Positions 50,650-59,569 of a stretch of 64,000 nt of DNA are shown in pieces; position 1 is the first letter of the stretch, and every line of letters begins with the position of its first letter. The DNA comes from an uncultured Alphaproteobacteria bacterium (GTDB lineage: Bacteria > Pseudomonadota > Alphaproteobacteria > RF32 > CAG-239): the NCBI GenBank assembly GCA_944390275.1, contig CALXPL010000004.1:95814-159813 (forward strand), read 5' to 3'. The position numbers and the translations under genes were made by a program. The notes under the pieces are model-generated. The model made no database searches, was not told the origin of the DNA, and worked only from the letters and a program-made list of their open reading frames with translations.

Positions 50650-50997
50650 ATGAGCGATACAAAAAGATCTTATTTATACATATTAATATTCGGCTTGTTT
50701 TTATTAGGACTAGGATTCGGTTATAATATAGCCATCATAAAAAGTTTATATTACAACACGGTAGCAACGGTAAGCAAACCGCTAGTTTTGGTTCCTGCCG
50801 TATTATGCGCTTTTATTTTTTTGAAGAGCGGTTATTATTGGTTAATCATGATAATCTGCGCTTTGGGAGATGCTTTCGCTTATCACTTTTTAGCCGGCAA
50901 GACGGTTTATAGTTTTGGACCTTTGGCCATGACGGCATTTGCCTTTTTGGTCATTGTTTATTTTTTGAACTTTGCCAGAGCCATAATAAAAGACTAA
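50650..50997 (+). CDS. Small membrane protein
   Basis: Four hydrophobic segments; AGGAG RBS. Confidence 0.6.
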   Translation: MSDTKRSYLYILIFGLFLLGLGFGYNIAIIKSLYYNTVATVSKPLVLVPAVLCAFIFLKSGYYWLIMIICALGDAFAYHFLAGKTVYSFGPLAMTAFAFLVIVYFLNFARAIIKD

Positions 50998-51025
50998 GGA
51001 AATAAAAAACAAAGAGGAATCTGCA

Positions 51026-53242
51026 ATGGATGATGTTATATTAGACAGACAACCGGTTTCTGTCGTTGTCGGCAAGAACGGAAATATCAAATTAAAGATA
51101 CTGGGATGGGGATATTATCTTTATAATATCATGATAAAAGGATTCCTGATAGGGTTGTTATTGAGTTTAAATTTCAGCTTATATGTAAAGGCGGGAGGAT
51201 ATTCTGTTTTTTCAACGACATATTTGCCCAATCCTGAAGTTTTAAACATAATTTTAGGCATATTTGCGGTATCATTTTTTCTGATGATAGTCTTGTCATT
51301 TTCCGACTTTCTGCAAAATTTGCTGATAGCCGTAGTAGGCGGTTTATTTGTTTTCATGATGATAAATCAGTTTGCCTTGTTTGACAAATACGACTTTATG
51401 ACGCGCAGTTTCATGATTTATCTGGGAGAGGGAGCGGCAAATTTTGTTTCAGGCTCATGCCATATCATAGTCAGTATCATCATTGGCATATTTACCTTAT
51501 TGTATATATATTTTTCGAGCACATCGAATAAACTATATTTAGCAGCCGCATTAGCCTTAATTAATATATGGGTTTTGTACGGAGCATATAACAAAAAAGA
51601 TAATAATAACAATTATGTTTACGAATATGATATGGCAGCAGTAGGAAATGAAAGTGGTAAAAAATTCATCACAATATATTTGAAGAATGCAGCATCATAT
51701 AATTATTTGACAGAACTAAAAGACGGCAACACGCAAGATGATAAAAAGATAAATGATGTACAAAAAATCATGTTAGGATTTTTGGAAACAAATAATTTTG
51801 ACATATATAATAACGCTTACGTAAGCCATAAAGAAGCAGAATTAAACGAAGCAGAGAGTATCAATCCGTTGATAAAAGAAGGACAAGAGATTGTTTCATC
51901 AATAAGAAATGGTTGTTGTTCATGGCAGTTCAGCCCGATAAATGATAAGACGCACAGTTTATTGGAATCACAATTATTAACAACATTCAAAAAAGCACAA
52001 TACAAGATATCGGCATATCAAGGTCGTGGCTTGGATATATGTTACAAATACGGAGTACCGCAAGTTGACAGATGTTTAAACAAATCGAGCGAACCGGCAG
52101 ATGTAAGTTTGTTAGGCAGCAGTACCTCAGAAAAGATACAGTTGTTAAGTGCGCAATGGTTAGAGAGTTCGGGATTACTAGACAGTCCGATGATAAGCAA
52201 AGCCTTAGGAATGGTAAGCAAAGTATTTAAACAACCTGTAAAGAAGCTCTATGTAGTCAATTCGGCACAAGCCTTAGATTTAGCGGCATTAGACATAGCC
52301 AAAGACAAGAACAACGGAGCCTATTTTGTATATGTTGATTTACCGGCAGATATGTTTATTTATAATGAATTTTGTCAGGTAAAGCCGATAGAGAATTGGA
52401 TTTCCATGCAAGATATAAAATCGGCAGAGATAAAAGACGCTCGCAGAGCCTATGCTGAACAATATGCGTGTGTTTTCGGCAAATTGCAGAATTTCATAGA
52501 TAGTTTAAAATCCAAAGGTCTGGAGAAGAAGTCCGTCATAGTCATACAAGGGGCAAGCAGCATGCAAGACCGCGAATATAATAAGAAGACAGAACGGATA
52601 GAGTTAGGTTTCGGAGCAAACAATAATGTAATAATGGCAGTCAGAGATCCCTTGAGAACAGAAAGTACAAAAAATCAGCAAATTTGTAAAACAGCGGAGA
52701 TTATGGCATCCCACTTATTCAAATCGGTTAGTTGTAAGGAATACAAGGGCTTAGGCTTAAGTGAAGAAGAAGCAAAAAGTTTGAAGGAAGCGTTAGGGAA
52801 ATATACGATTTCGGCAGAAACCGAAAAGAAATCGGCAGAATACTTCAAATTATGGTATCAATATTGGTTAAAAGCGAATGGCTTTGATGTAAAAGTAGAA
52901 GACAAGGATCTGGAAGAAACCGCAGAAGAAGAGCAGGGCAAAGACCAAGTTTTGGAAGCCGTACGAGTAATAAAAGAGAACAAAATTATTGATAAAGTAA
53001 TTGAAACGGAAGCGGAAGCTCCGACAAAGAGTTTGAAAGCAGAGATGTTAAAGAACCCCATTTTGCCGGAAGATACGGATATTCAAGGCAAAGCGCAAAG
53101 CGAAGAAGCAAAAGTCGATAACAAAGCAGAAGAGGGCGTTTCCGAAGGAGAAGCCCTACCTTTAAGAGAGCAAACCGCAGAAGCAAAGGCTGCCGGCTCG
53201 ATACCGCAAAATGAAACAGCGCAACCCGTAAAGGGACAATAA
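51026..53242 (+). CDS. Large membrane protein: ~5 TMs, soluble domain (possibly sulfatase/LTA-synthase-like fold), acidic tail
   Basis: TM cluster, then Y.EQ..C.FGKLQNFIDSLKSKGLEKKSVIVIQG, reminiscent of alkaline-phosphatase-superfamily C-termini. Confidence 0.4.
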   Translation: MDDVILDRQPVSVVVGKNGNIKLKILGWGYYLYNIMIKGFLIGLLLSLNFSLYVKAGGYSVFSTTYLPNPEVLNIILGIFAVSFFLMIVLSFSDFLQNLLIAVVGGLFVFMMINQFALFDKYDFMTRSFMIYLGEGAANFVSGSCHIIVSIIIGIFTLLYIYFSSTSNKLYLAAALALINIWVLYGAYNKKDNNNNYVYEYDMAAVGNESGKKFITIYLKNAASYNYLTELKDGNTQDDKKINDVQKIMLGFLETNNFDIYNNAYVSHKEAELNEAESINPLIKEGQEIVSSIRNGCCSWQFSPINDKTHSLLESQLLTTFKKAQYKISAYQGRGLDICYKYGVPQVDRCLNKSSEPADVSLLGSSTSEKIQLLSAQWLESSGLLDSPMISKALGMVSKVFKQPVKKLYVVNSAQALDLAALDIAKDKNNGAYFVYVDLPADMFIYNEFCQVKPIENWISMQDIKSAEIKDARRAYAEQYACVFGKLQNFIDSLKSKGLEKKSVIVIQGASSMQDREYNKKTERIELGFGANNNVIMAVRDPLRTESTKNQQICKTAEIMASHLFKSVSCKEYKGLGLSEEEAKSLKEALGKYTISAETEKKSAEYFKLWYQYWLKANGFDVKVEDKDLEETAEEEQGKDQVLEAVRVIKENKIIDKVIETEAEAPTKSLKAEMLKNPILPEDTDIQGKAQSEEAKVDNKAEEGVSEGEALPLREQTAEAKAAGSIPQNETAQPVKGQ

Positions 53243-53249
53243 TCAAGCA

Positions 53250-54275
53250 ATGCAGCTGTCTCCGCTAACACAAAGACGCTTATCGGCCTTTAAGAGCAAC
53301 AAAAGAGCCTACATATCTTTTGTTGTTTTTCTGATAGTTATGATAATAAGTTGTTTTTCGGAATTAATAGCAAACGATAAACCGTTGATAGTTAAGTATA
53401 AAGACAAAATATTATTTCCACAGCTTGTGAGTTATACCGACAGCTATTTCAACGGAGATTTTCCGACCGAGGCCGATTACAAAGACCCGTTTATAGTTCA
53501 AGAAATAAACCAAAACGGTTGGATGCTCATGCCTTTAATACCTTTTTCTTATAACACGATAGATTATGAATTGGAAAAACCGACGCCAACCGCACCATCA
53601 AGCAAACATTGGCTCGGAACAGATGACGAAGGACGCGACATTGTCGCACGAATTCTATACGGTATAAGACTTTCGGTAATTTTTGCGTTTACATTGACAT
53701 TAATATCCTCAATAATCGGCATATTTGCCGGAGCCATACAAGGCTATTTCGGGGGAAAGCTCGATTTATTTATGCAAAGATTTATCGAAATATGGGAATC
53801 CTTGCCGCAATTATTTATATTAATAATAGCCGCCAGCCTGTTTACCCCGAGTTTTATCAGTCTGTTAATAATATTGTTGTTTTTTTCATGGACAAGTCTA
53901 ACTGCCGTTGTCAGAGCCGAGTTTTTAAGAGTAAGAAATTTTGAATTTGTCAAAGCGGCAAAAGCCTTAGGAGTTCCAAACAGTCGGATAATCAGAAAGC
54001 ATATTCTTCCCAATGCGGTAATAGCCACCATAACTTATGTTCCGTTCATAATTTCAGAATCAATAGTCGCCTTAACGGCACTTGACTTTTTAGGATTGGG
54101 CTTAGGACATGATTACCCGTCTTTAGGAGATTTAGTCCGTCAAGGAAAAGACAATCTTCAAGCGCCATGGATTGGTATCAGCATATTTATTGTTTTATCA
54201 ACTTTATTAACCTTACTTATTTTCATTGGAGAAGGTGTGAGGGATGCCTTTGATTCGAGAAAAACCCATGGATAA
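53250..54275 (+). CDS. yejE: Peptide ABC transporter permease (YejE-like)
   Basis: LIANDKPL, HWLGTDDEGRD, VRAEFLRVR. Confidence 0.85.
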   Translation: MQLSPLTQRRLSAFKSNKRAYISFVVFLIVMIISCFSELIANDKPLIVKYKDKILFPQLVSYTDSYFNGDFPTEADYKDPFIVQEINQNGWMLMPLIPFSYNTIDYELEKPTPTAPSSKHWLGTDDEGRDIVARILYGIRLSVIFAFTLTLISSIIGIFAGAIQGYFGGKLDLFMQRFIEIWESLPQLFILIIAASLFTPSFISLLIILLFFSWTSLTAVVRAEFLRVRNFEFVKAAKALGVPNSRIIRKHILPNAVIATITYVPFIISESIVALTALDFLGLGLGHDYPSLGDLVRQGKDNLQAPWIGISIFIVLSTLLTLLIFIGEGVRDAFDSRKTHG

Positions 54276-55848
54276 CTTGCTTGAAGTAAAAGACTTAACC
54301 ATTTGTTTTAAAAACGGAAAAGACGATTTTTTAGCCGTAAATAATGTCAATTTTTCACTAAAGCAAGGAGAAATCTTAGGCATAGTTGGAGAAAGCGGCT
54401 CAGGGAAATCCGTAACAGCGCTTTCATTGTTACAATTACTACCGGCACAAAAAAGCGTACAAGGAGAAAAGTCATCAATTAAGTTTTGCGGGCAAGAGCT
54501 TGTAAAAGCAACAGAAAAAGAAATGGAAAAGGTAAGAGGAGGAGCCATAGCTTATATTTTCCAAGAACCGATGTCCTCTTTAAATCCGTTGCATACAATA
54601 GAATCACAAATTTCCGAAAGTCTGATATTGCACCGAGGAATGAACAAAGCCGAAGCGCAAAAAGAAACCCTCAAACTTTTATTGTTAACCGGCATAAAAC
54701 AAGCAAAGAAAAGGCTAAAATCTTATCCTCATGAGCTTTCGGGTGGACAACGTCAACGCGTCATGATAGCCATGGCTATTGCCAATAATCCTCAATTATT
54801 AATAGCCGATGAACCGACAACCGCTCTTGATGTAACTGTTCAAGAACAAATCATTAAGCTATTGTTAAAACTGAGGAAAAAATTAAATATGGCTATTATA
54901 TTTATTAGCCATGATTTAAGGCTGGTTAAAAAATTGGCAGACAGAGTTTGCATTATGAAAGAGGGAAAGATTGTCGAGCAAGGAAAAACCGAAGAAATAT
55001 TTGCTCACCCTCAAAATGCCTACACCAAACAGCTGATAAACGCAACCATAGCAAAAAAATCAGAGAGAAAACAAAGCAATAAAACCATACTATCAACAAA
55101 AGACTTAACGGTATCTTATCCGATAAAAAAGAATTTTTGGGGCAGGGTTGAAGAACAACTCTATGCCTTAAACAAAATCAATTTACAAATATTCGAGGGA
55201 GAATGTTTAGGAATAGTCGGAGAAAGCGGCTCAGGCAAAACAACCTTAGGACAAGCCCTGTGCGGATTAATAAGCTACAATGGGAAAATAGAATACAAAG
55301 GACAAGACATTAAAAGTATAAATAACAAAGAGATACATAAAGATATTCAAATCATATTTCAAGACCCGTACAACTCATTAAATCCGCGCATGACCATTGA
55401 ACAAATTGTAGGAGAGGGATTAAGCGTTCACAATCCGGAATTATCGAAAGAAGAAATAAAGAAAAGAATTAAGAAAGCTCTTGAAGATGTTGAATTATCA
55501 GAAAATATAATGAGCAAATATCCTCATGAATTTTCCGGAGGACAAAGACAAAGAATAGCCATTGCGCGAAGTTTGGTAATTTCTCCCAAAGTAATAATAT
55601 TTGATGAACCAACATCGGCTCTTGATGTTACCATCCAAGCACAAGTTTTAGAAATGTTAAACAAAATCAAAGAGAAGCGCAATTTAACTTACGTGTTTAT
55701 TTCACACGACATGAGTGTTATTCGAGCTGTTTCCGATAGAATAGCCGTCATGCACGGCGGCAAGATAATTGAACAAGGTAAAACAGAAGATATTTTTGAA
55801 CATCCTCAAGAAGAATATACCCAAGAACTGATAAACGCAGCGTTATAA
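54268..55848 (+). CDS. yejF: Peptide ABC transporter fused double ATPase (YejF-like)
   Basis: Two GESGSGK motifs and two YPHE.SGGQRQR motifs. Confidence 0.85.
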   Translation: MDNLLEVKDLTICFKNGKDDFLAVNNVNFSLKQGEILGIVGESGSGKSVTALSLLQLLPAQKSVQGEKSSIKFCGQELVKATEKEMEKVRGGAIAYIFQEPMSSLNPLHTIESQISESLILHRGMNKAEAQKETLKLLLLTGIKQAKKRLKSYPHELSGGQRQRVMIAMAIANNPQLLIADEPTTALDVTVQEQIIKLLLKLRKKLNMAIIFISHDLRLVKKLADRVCIMKEGKIVEQGKTEEIFAHPQNAYTKQLINATIAKKSERKQSNKTILSTKDLTVSYPIKKNFWGRVEEQLYALNKINLQIFEGECLGIVGESGSGKTTLGQALCGLISYNGKIEYKGQDIKSINNKEIHKDIQIIFQDPYNSLNPRMTIEQIVGEGLSVHNPELSKEEIKKRIKKALEDVELSENIMSKYPHEFSGGQRQRIAIARSLVISPKVIIFDEPTSALDVTIQAQVLEMLNKIKEKRNLTYVFISHDMSVIRAVSDRIAVMHGGKIIEQGKTEDIFEHPQEEYTQELINAAL

Positions 55849-55854
55849 AAAAGA

Positions 55855-55950
55855 TTAAAGAACAAGGCAGTAAGCAACCACCTTGTTCAAAAACATTAAC
55901 GAAGAGGTTGCATATAAAGAAACAAATACAAAACGATATAATATTTTCAT
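55855..55950 (-). CDS. 31-aa hydrophobic small ORF downstream of the c4-like RNA
   Basis: MKILYRFVFVSLYATSSLMFLNKVVAYCLVL*; AGGA upstream; occupies the position of icd/kil in c4 operons. Confidence 0.35.
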   Translation of the reverse strand: MKILYRFVFVSLYATSSLMFLNKVVAYCLVL

Positions 55951-56001
55951 AATGTGAACATCCTAAGTTTTAAGTTAAAACAAAAACCCGCACCAAAAGG
56001 G

Positions 56002-56079
56002 CGGGCGGATGTTCGAAACCATTGAAAGTTATGGCTCGGCCTATTCAGCACATAGCCTTATTTAGCCGACATCCACCCG
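56002..56079 (-). ncRNA. c4-type (P1 c4 / P4 CI-like) antisense RNA
   Basis: Closing stem CGGGUGGAUGU/ACAUCCGCCCG (G-U wobble only on the minus strand); two inner stems; ACUUUCA and GGUUUCGA are complementary to upstream UGAAAGU and UCGAAACC. Confidence 0.7.
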
Positions 56080-56125
56080 TAGGTAGAAATCGACGTAACA
56101 TTAAAGTCATCAAAAAATAATGACT

Positions 56126-56206
56126 ACTTTCAGAAGGGTTTCGACGCCCTGAACGACAAAATTGCCGTCTAAAAAAGAAGATAACATGACAAGATAATAT
56201 AAGCAA
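56126..56206 (-). promoter_or_regulatory. Sigma70-like promoter and a1/b1-type target of the c4-like RNA
   Basis: TTGCTT (56206-56201)-N17-TATCTT (56183-56178) with extended TG; target TCGAAACC-CTTC-TGAAAGT at 56144-56126. Confidence 0.6.
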
Positions 56207-56295
56207 GAAGATAATCAAATAAGCCACGAAATAATTAATGAAAGATTCATCAAAATATGGTAAGATATAAAGAAATAAAGAAGAGGCAGATACAG

Positions 56296-57093
56296 ATGAA
56301 TTTTGAAAAAATAGGTGAAACAAACTGTCGAATTGATGATATACAAAATCAAGATAAGATATTGATAGGTGGTTCTTTTTACGGGAAAATGGACTTAGCC
56401 GTTACGGCAGATTTAGAACAATTTGAAGATTTTTTTCAAAAAGTAGAAATCAACGCGCAAAAAGTGCAAGAAAACGAAGCAATGAAAAATTGGATAAATC
56501 AGGTCGCACCAAACCTTGACAGCACTCTATTTGCTCATATGTGGGCTTTTGATAACACCTTACGCAAAATGTATCCAAACTTATCAACCAACATAGACAA
56601 ACGTCAAAATTACTACGATGAGGAAGGAACAAAAAAATTATCTCAGTCCGTATCCGATGGAGTTTGCATGTGTGCCGAAATATCCATTTTAGCACAAGCC
56701 TATTTTCAAAAACAAAACATCCCAACCAAAATTTCGGGAGGAGAACTTTTGCATTCCCAAGATGAAGAATTCGGAGAAGCGCATTATTATATTAGCCTGC
56801 AAGATAAAAAGGGAGAAGATTATATTTACGATCCAGCCAATCCGTTGCTATATTCCAACACCTATTTACCAAGAATATCCACATTAGAAGTAACACCGGC
56901 ACAAAAGAAACAATTTGAAAATAAAATACATTCACAAGGCAAGGGAAGGGCATGTGCCTTTATGGAAGCCAAAGATGTAATAACCAAAACAAGCTGGTAC
57001 TACGGCTTTGGAGACGGCGCCAACATTTTTCCGAGTTTTCTATTTTCCAAAAACAATAAAAGTTCGGTACAATCATCGGAAAACAGCCTTTAG
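56296..57093 (+). CDS. Transglutaminase/papain-like Cys-His-Asp protein
   Basis: GVCMCAEISILAQ...EAHYYI...YIYDPANP. Confidence 0.55.
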   Translation: MNFEKIGETNCRIDDIQNQDKILIGGSFYGKMDLAVTADLEQFEDFFQKVEINAQKVQENEAMKNWINQVAPNLDSTLFAHMWAFDNTLRKMYPNLSTNIDKRQNYYDEEGTKKLSQSVSDGVCMCAEISILAQAYFQKQNIPTKISGGELLHSQDEEFGEAHYYISLQDKKGEDYIYDPANPLLYSNTYLPRISTLEVTPAQKKQFENKIHSQGKGRACAFMEAKDVITKTSWYYGFGDGANIFPSFLFSKNNKSSVQSSENSL

Positions 57094-57177
57094 CGGTATT
57101 GACAATTACGACAAAAATAAATAAGATAAAAAAAGTTAAAATTAACCATTTTGTTTTATTATTAAAAAATAAGAATT

Positions 57178-57639
57178 ATGCAAAAGAAAGTGATTGAAGC
57201 GTTTGCCAAAGATTACGCAAACATTTCAAAAAGAGTTTTAAATGCCAAAACATCGATGGAAATTTCCAAAATCCACCATGATTTAAACGAAATAGGCACA
57301 AACTATCGGCAATATTTTTGCAATAAAGGTCATTACAAAGCCGTCAAAAGAGCTTATGTCCGTCAAGCAGTCTTTTTCTATGAAAAGCATCCTAAACTTT
57401 GCTGCCACATTGGAATAGATTTGGCTTTAGACATCTTAAGAAAGGTCATTCAGGGCTGGATACCGATACAAAGAGGACGATTTTCAAGAAGAAAAAAAGA
57501 ATTATCCTATCAATTATGGTATTTTCTTTATGAAAAAGTCAAGAATGCCGGCTATGACTTAGGCTATCCGCAAAAAGATCTTCGCGGAAAAAACTTGTAC
57601 ATCAGATACAAACAAAACAAAGAAAAATTTAAACCTTAA
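57178..57639 (+). CDS. Hypothetical basic protein
   Basis: 153-aa ORF with TTGACA upstream and a terminator hairpin at about 57655-57686. Confidence 0.5.
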   Translation: MQKKVIEAFAKDYANISKRVLNAKTSMEISKIHHDLNEIGTNYRQYFCNKGHYKAVKRAYVRQAVFFYEKHPKLCCHIGIDLALDILRKVIQGWIPIQRGRFSRRKKELSYQLWYFLYEKVKNAGYDLGYPQKDLRGKNLYIRYKQNKEKFKP

Positions 57640-57730
57640 AAACAATCACTTAACAAGAGCTTTCTTCACCGAAAGCTCTTTTTTTTGAATAAAAGCAGAA
57701 AGAGTAGGGAACACATCTCCGCTGAAGCTG

Positions 57731-58102
57731 CTAGATTAAGTTATGAGAACTTAAATAATCATAAATTTCATCAGCCATAATTTGATGCCCTAAGGCATTA
57801 GGATGTGTTGCATCTTTATAAAATTCATTAAGATTACGATTTTTCCATAAATCATAGCGAGCATTGACCAGAATTAAATCAAAATGTCTTGATAAGGCTT
57901 CCGAAAGGGCGCGATGTGTTGCATCGGCAATATTATCACCGGATTGAGACATATTATTAAAAACATACTCACCCTTATGATATGACAATATTTTTTGAGC
58001 AAGTCGAGCAAAATATCCCAAATTTTGCTCATCATAATATCCATGAGCAATACTATCGCCAATCATTCCAATATTTTTAACCATATTCAAATCCTTAGAC
58101 AT
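57731..58102 (-). pseudogene. SGNH/GDSL hydrolase with an in-frame internal deletion
   Basis: Block I GDSIAHG, block II SGD and block V DATHPN are present; block III GxND and the following core are missing; only 123 aa. Confidence 0.65.
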
Positions 58103-58156
58103 TTCATAATGATATAGGAATATTAATATAAAAAGATGAAAGAATTTTTAATAAGA

Positions 58157-58405
58157 AACAAAGAACCATAACATGGCAATAATCATTTCACATTAAAAAT
58201 GAACCATCTCATAAATTAAAACAGTTCATAAACATAAGAAACAAATCATAACATAACGAAGCACAAAATAATAAAAACATCTCAAAACAAAAGAAACATC
58301 TCATAAACATAACTTCTCATAAAAACAAAAGAACCAGCTCATAACAAAAGAACAAGTTCACAACAAAAGAACCGGTTTAAAAAACAAGAGAAACTTATAT
58401 AAACC
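58157..58405. repeat. Degenerate ~19-bp tandem array, A/C-rich on the + strand
   Basis: AACAAAAGAACCAGCTCAT / AACAAAAGAACAAGTTCAC / AACAAAAGAACCGGTTTAA at 58324, 58343 and 58362; weaker copies upstream. Confidence 0.7.
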
Positions 58406-58439
58406 TTGGCGAAACAATCTCCCCCACTCGTAAATACTT

Positions 58440-58467
58440 TTGTCGCATAATATATATTATGTATAGT
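58440..58467 (+). other. dif site (XerC/XerD chromosome dimer resolution site)
   Basis: TTGTCGCATAA-TATATA-TTATGTATAGT versus E. coli GGTGCGCATAA-TGTATA-TTATGTTAAAT; intergenic; KOPS polarity switches across it. Confidence 0.85.
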
Positions 58468-58687
58468 AAGAATAATTTTTATTTTTTTAGAAACCTCAAA
58501 CAATCTTAAAGAAAATAAAAAATAATAAGGCGCGCTGACGACGAGCTGACGTATAAAATTACACAAATAATCTCTCAGCTCGTTCTGAGAGCTCAATTTT
58601 CTATTAAATCTTTGATTTTAAACAAATATACTATTACAAAAGATGAAATCAAAAGAAATTAGCATAAGTTATAATGTGAGGAACAAT

Positions 58688-58716
58688 AAAAAAGCCCGTC
58701 GAAAACAACGGGCTTA
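58688..58716 (-). terminator. rpsD terminator
   Basis: AAGCCCGT...ACGGGCTT hairpin with a T run on the minus strand. Confidence 0.75.
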
Positions 58717-58734
58717 AACTCTGGAATAAGTTTA

Positions 58735-59349
58735 TTATCTTGAATAGTATTCGATAACAAGATTTGGTTCCATTTGACATCCGTAAGGAACATCATCAAA
58801 TTTAGGAACAAATGTATATTTTGCAGTTAATTTCTTAGCATCAACTTCCAAATATCCCGGAACATCGCGAGTTGTTGATTCAACAGCAGCAAGAACCATA
58901 GGAAGTTGTTTAGATTTTTCACGAACTTCAATAACATCACCTGCTTTAACCATATAAGAAGGAATGTTAACTTTTTTACCATTAACCAAAACATGGTTGT
59001 GGTTTACAAATTGACGAGCTGCAAATACTGTCGGAACAAATTTAGCTCTGTAAACCAAATTATCCAAACGAGATTCCAAAATACCGATAAGGTTTTCAGC
59101 GGCATCCCCTCTTCTTCTGATAGCTTCGTCATAATATTTAGCGAATTGTTTTTCAGAGATGTTGCCATAAGAAGTTTTCAACTTTTGTTTTGCATACAAT
59201 TGTTGACCATAGTCAGTCATTTTTTTCTTACGAGCGCCATGTTGTCCCGGAGCTGTTTCTCTTTTAACGAAAGAAGCATTAGCTTCACCCCAGATATTTG
59301 CGCCATAACGACGAGTAGCTTTTTTCTTAGCGTTTTCAATACTTTTCAT
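58735..59349 (-). CDS. rpsD: 30S ribosomal protein S4
   Basis: [49 protein letters not shown]. Confidence 0.98.
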   Translation of the reverse strand: MKSIENAKKKATRRYGANIWGEANASFVKRETAPGQHGARKKKMTDYGQQLYAKQKLKTSYGNISEKQFAKYYDEAIRRRGDAAENLIGILESRLDNLVYRAKFVPTVFAARQFVNHNHVLVNGKKVNIPSYMVKAGDVIEVREKSKQLPMVLAAVESTTRDVPGYLEVDAKKLTAKYTFVPKFDDVPYGCQMEPNLVIEYYSR

Positions 59350-59569
59350 ATAAGTTATCCTTATTTATTAAAATAAAACAATTATTGTCCCGATAGTTTT
59401 GCTCCACCAAAAGAACAAACGGGAAGCCTCTAACGAGTCATCCACATTCTCGGAAGTGATTGCAAAATAACATAAAAATTATAAATTTCAAGTAAAAAAA
59501 AGCATAGCACAACAAATTTTTAAGGAATATGATATAAGTTAAGAAAAAAAGGAGAAAGATACGCGAAAA

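Noticed and set aside
56045-56323. 92-aa ORF as a real ash-like protein (GRRNP motif)
   Set aside because: It overlaps the promoter, target and structured RNA; the motif is simply the translation of the RNA target site.
58324-58380. LexA boxes within the repeat array
   Set aside because: The spacing GAAC-N2-GTTC fits neither the alphaproteobacterial GTTC-N7-GTTC nor the Firmicute GAAC-N4-GTTC box.
58656-58684. Second dif-like site (ATTAGCATAA-GTTATA-ATGTG)
   Set aside because: The right arm lacks the invariant TTATG.
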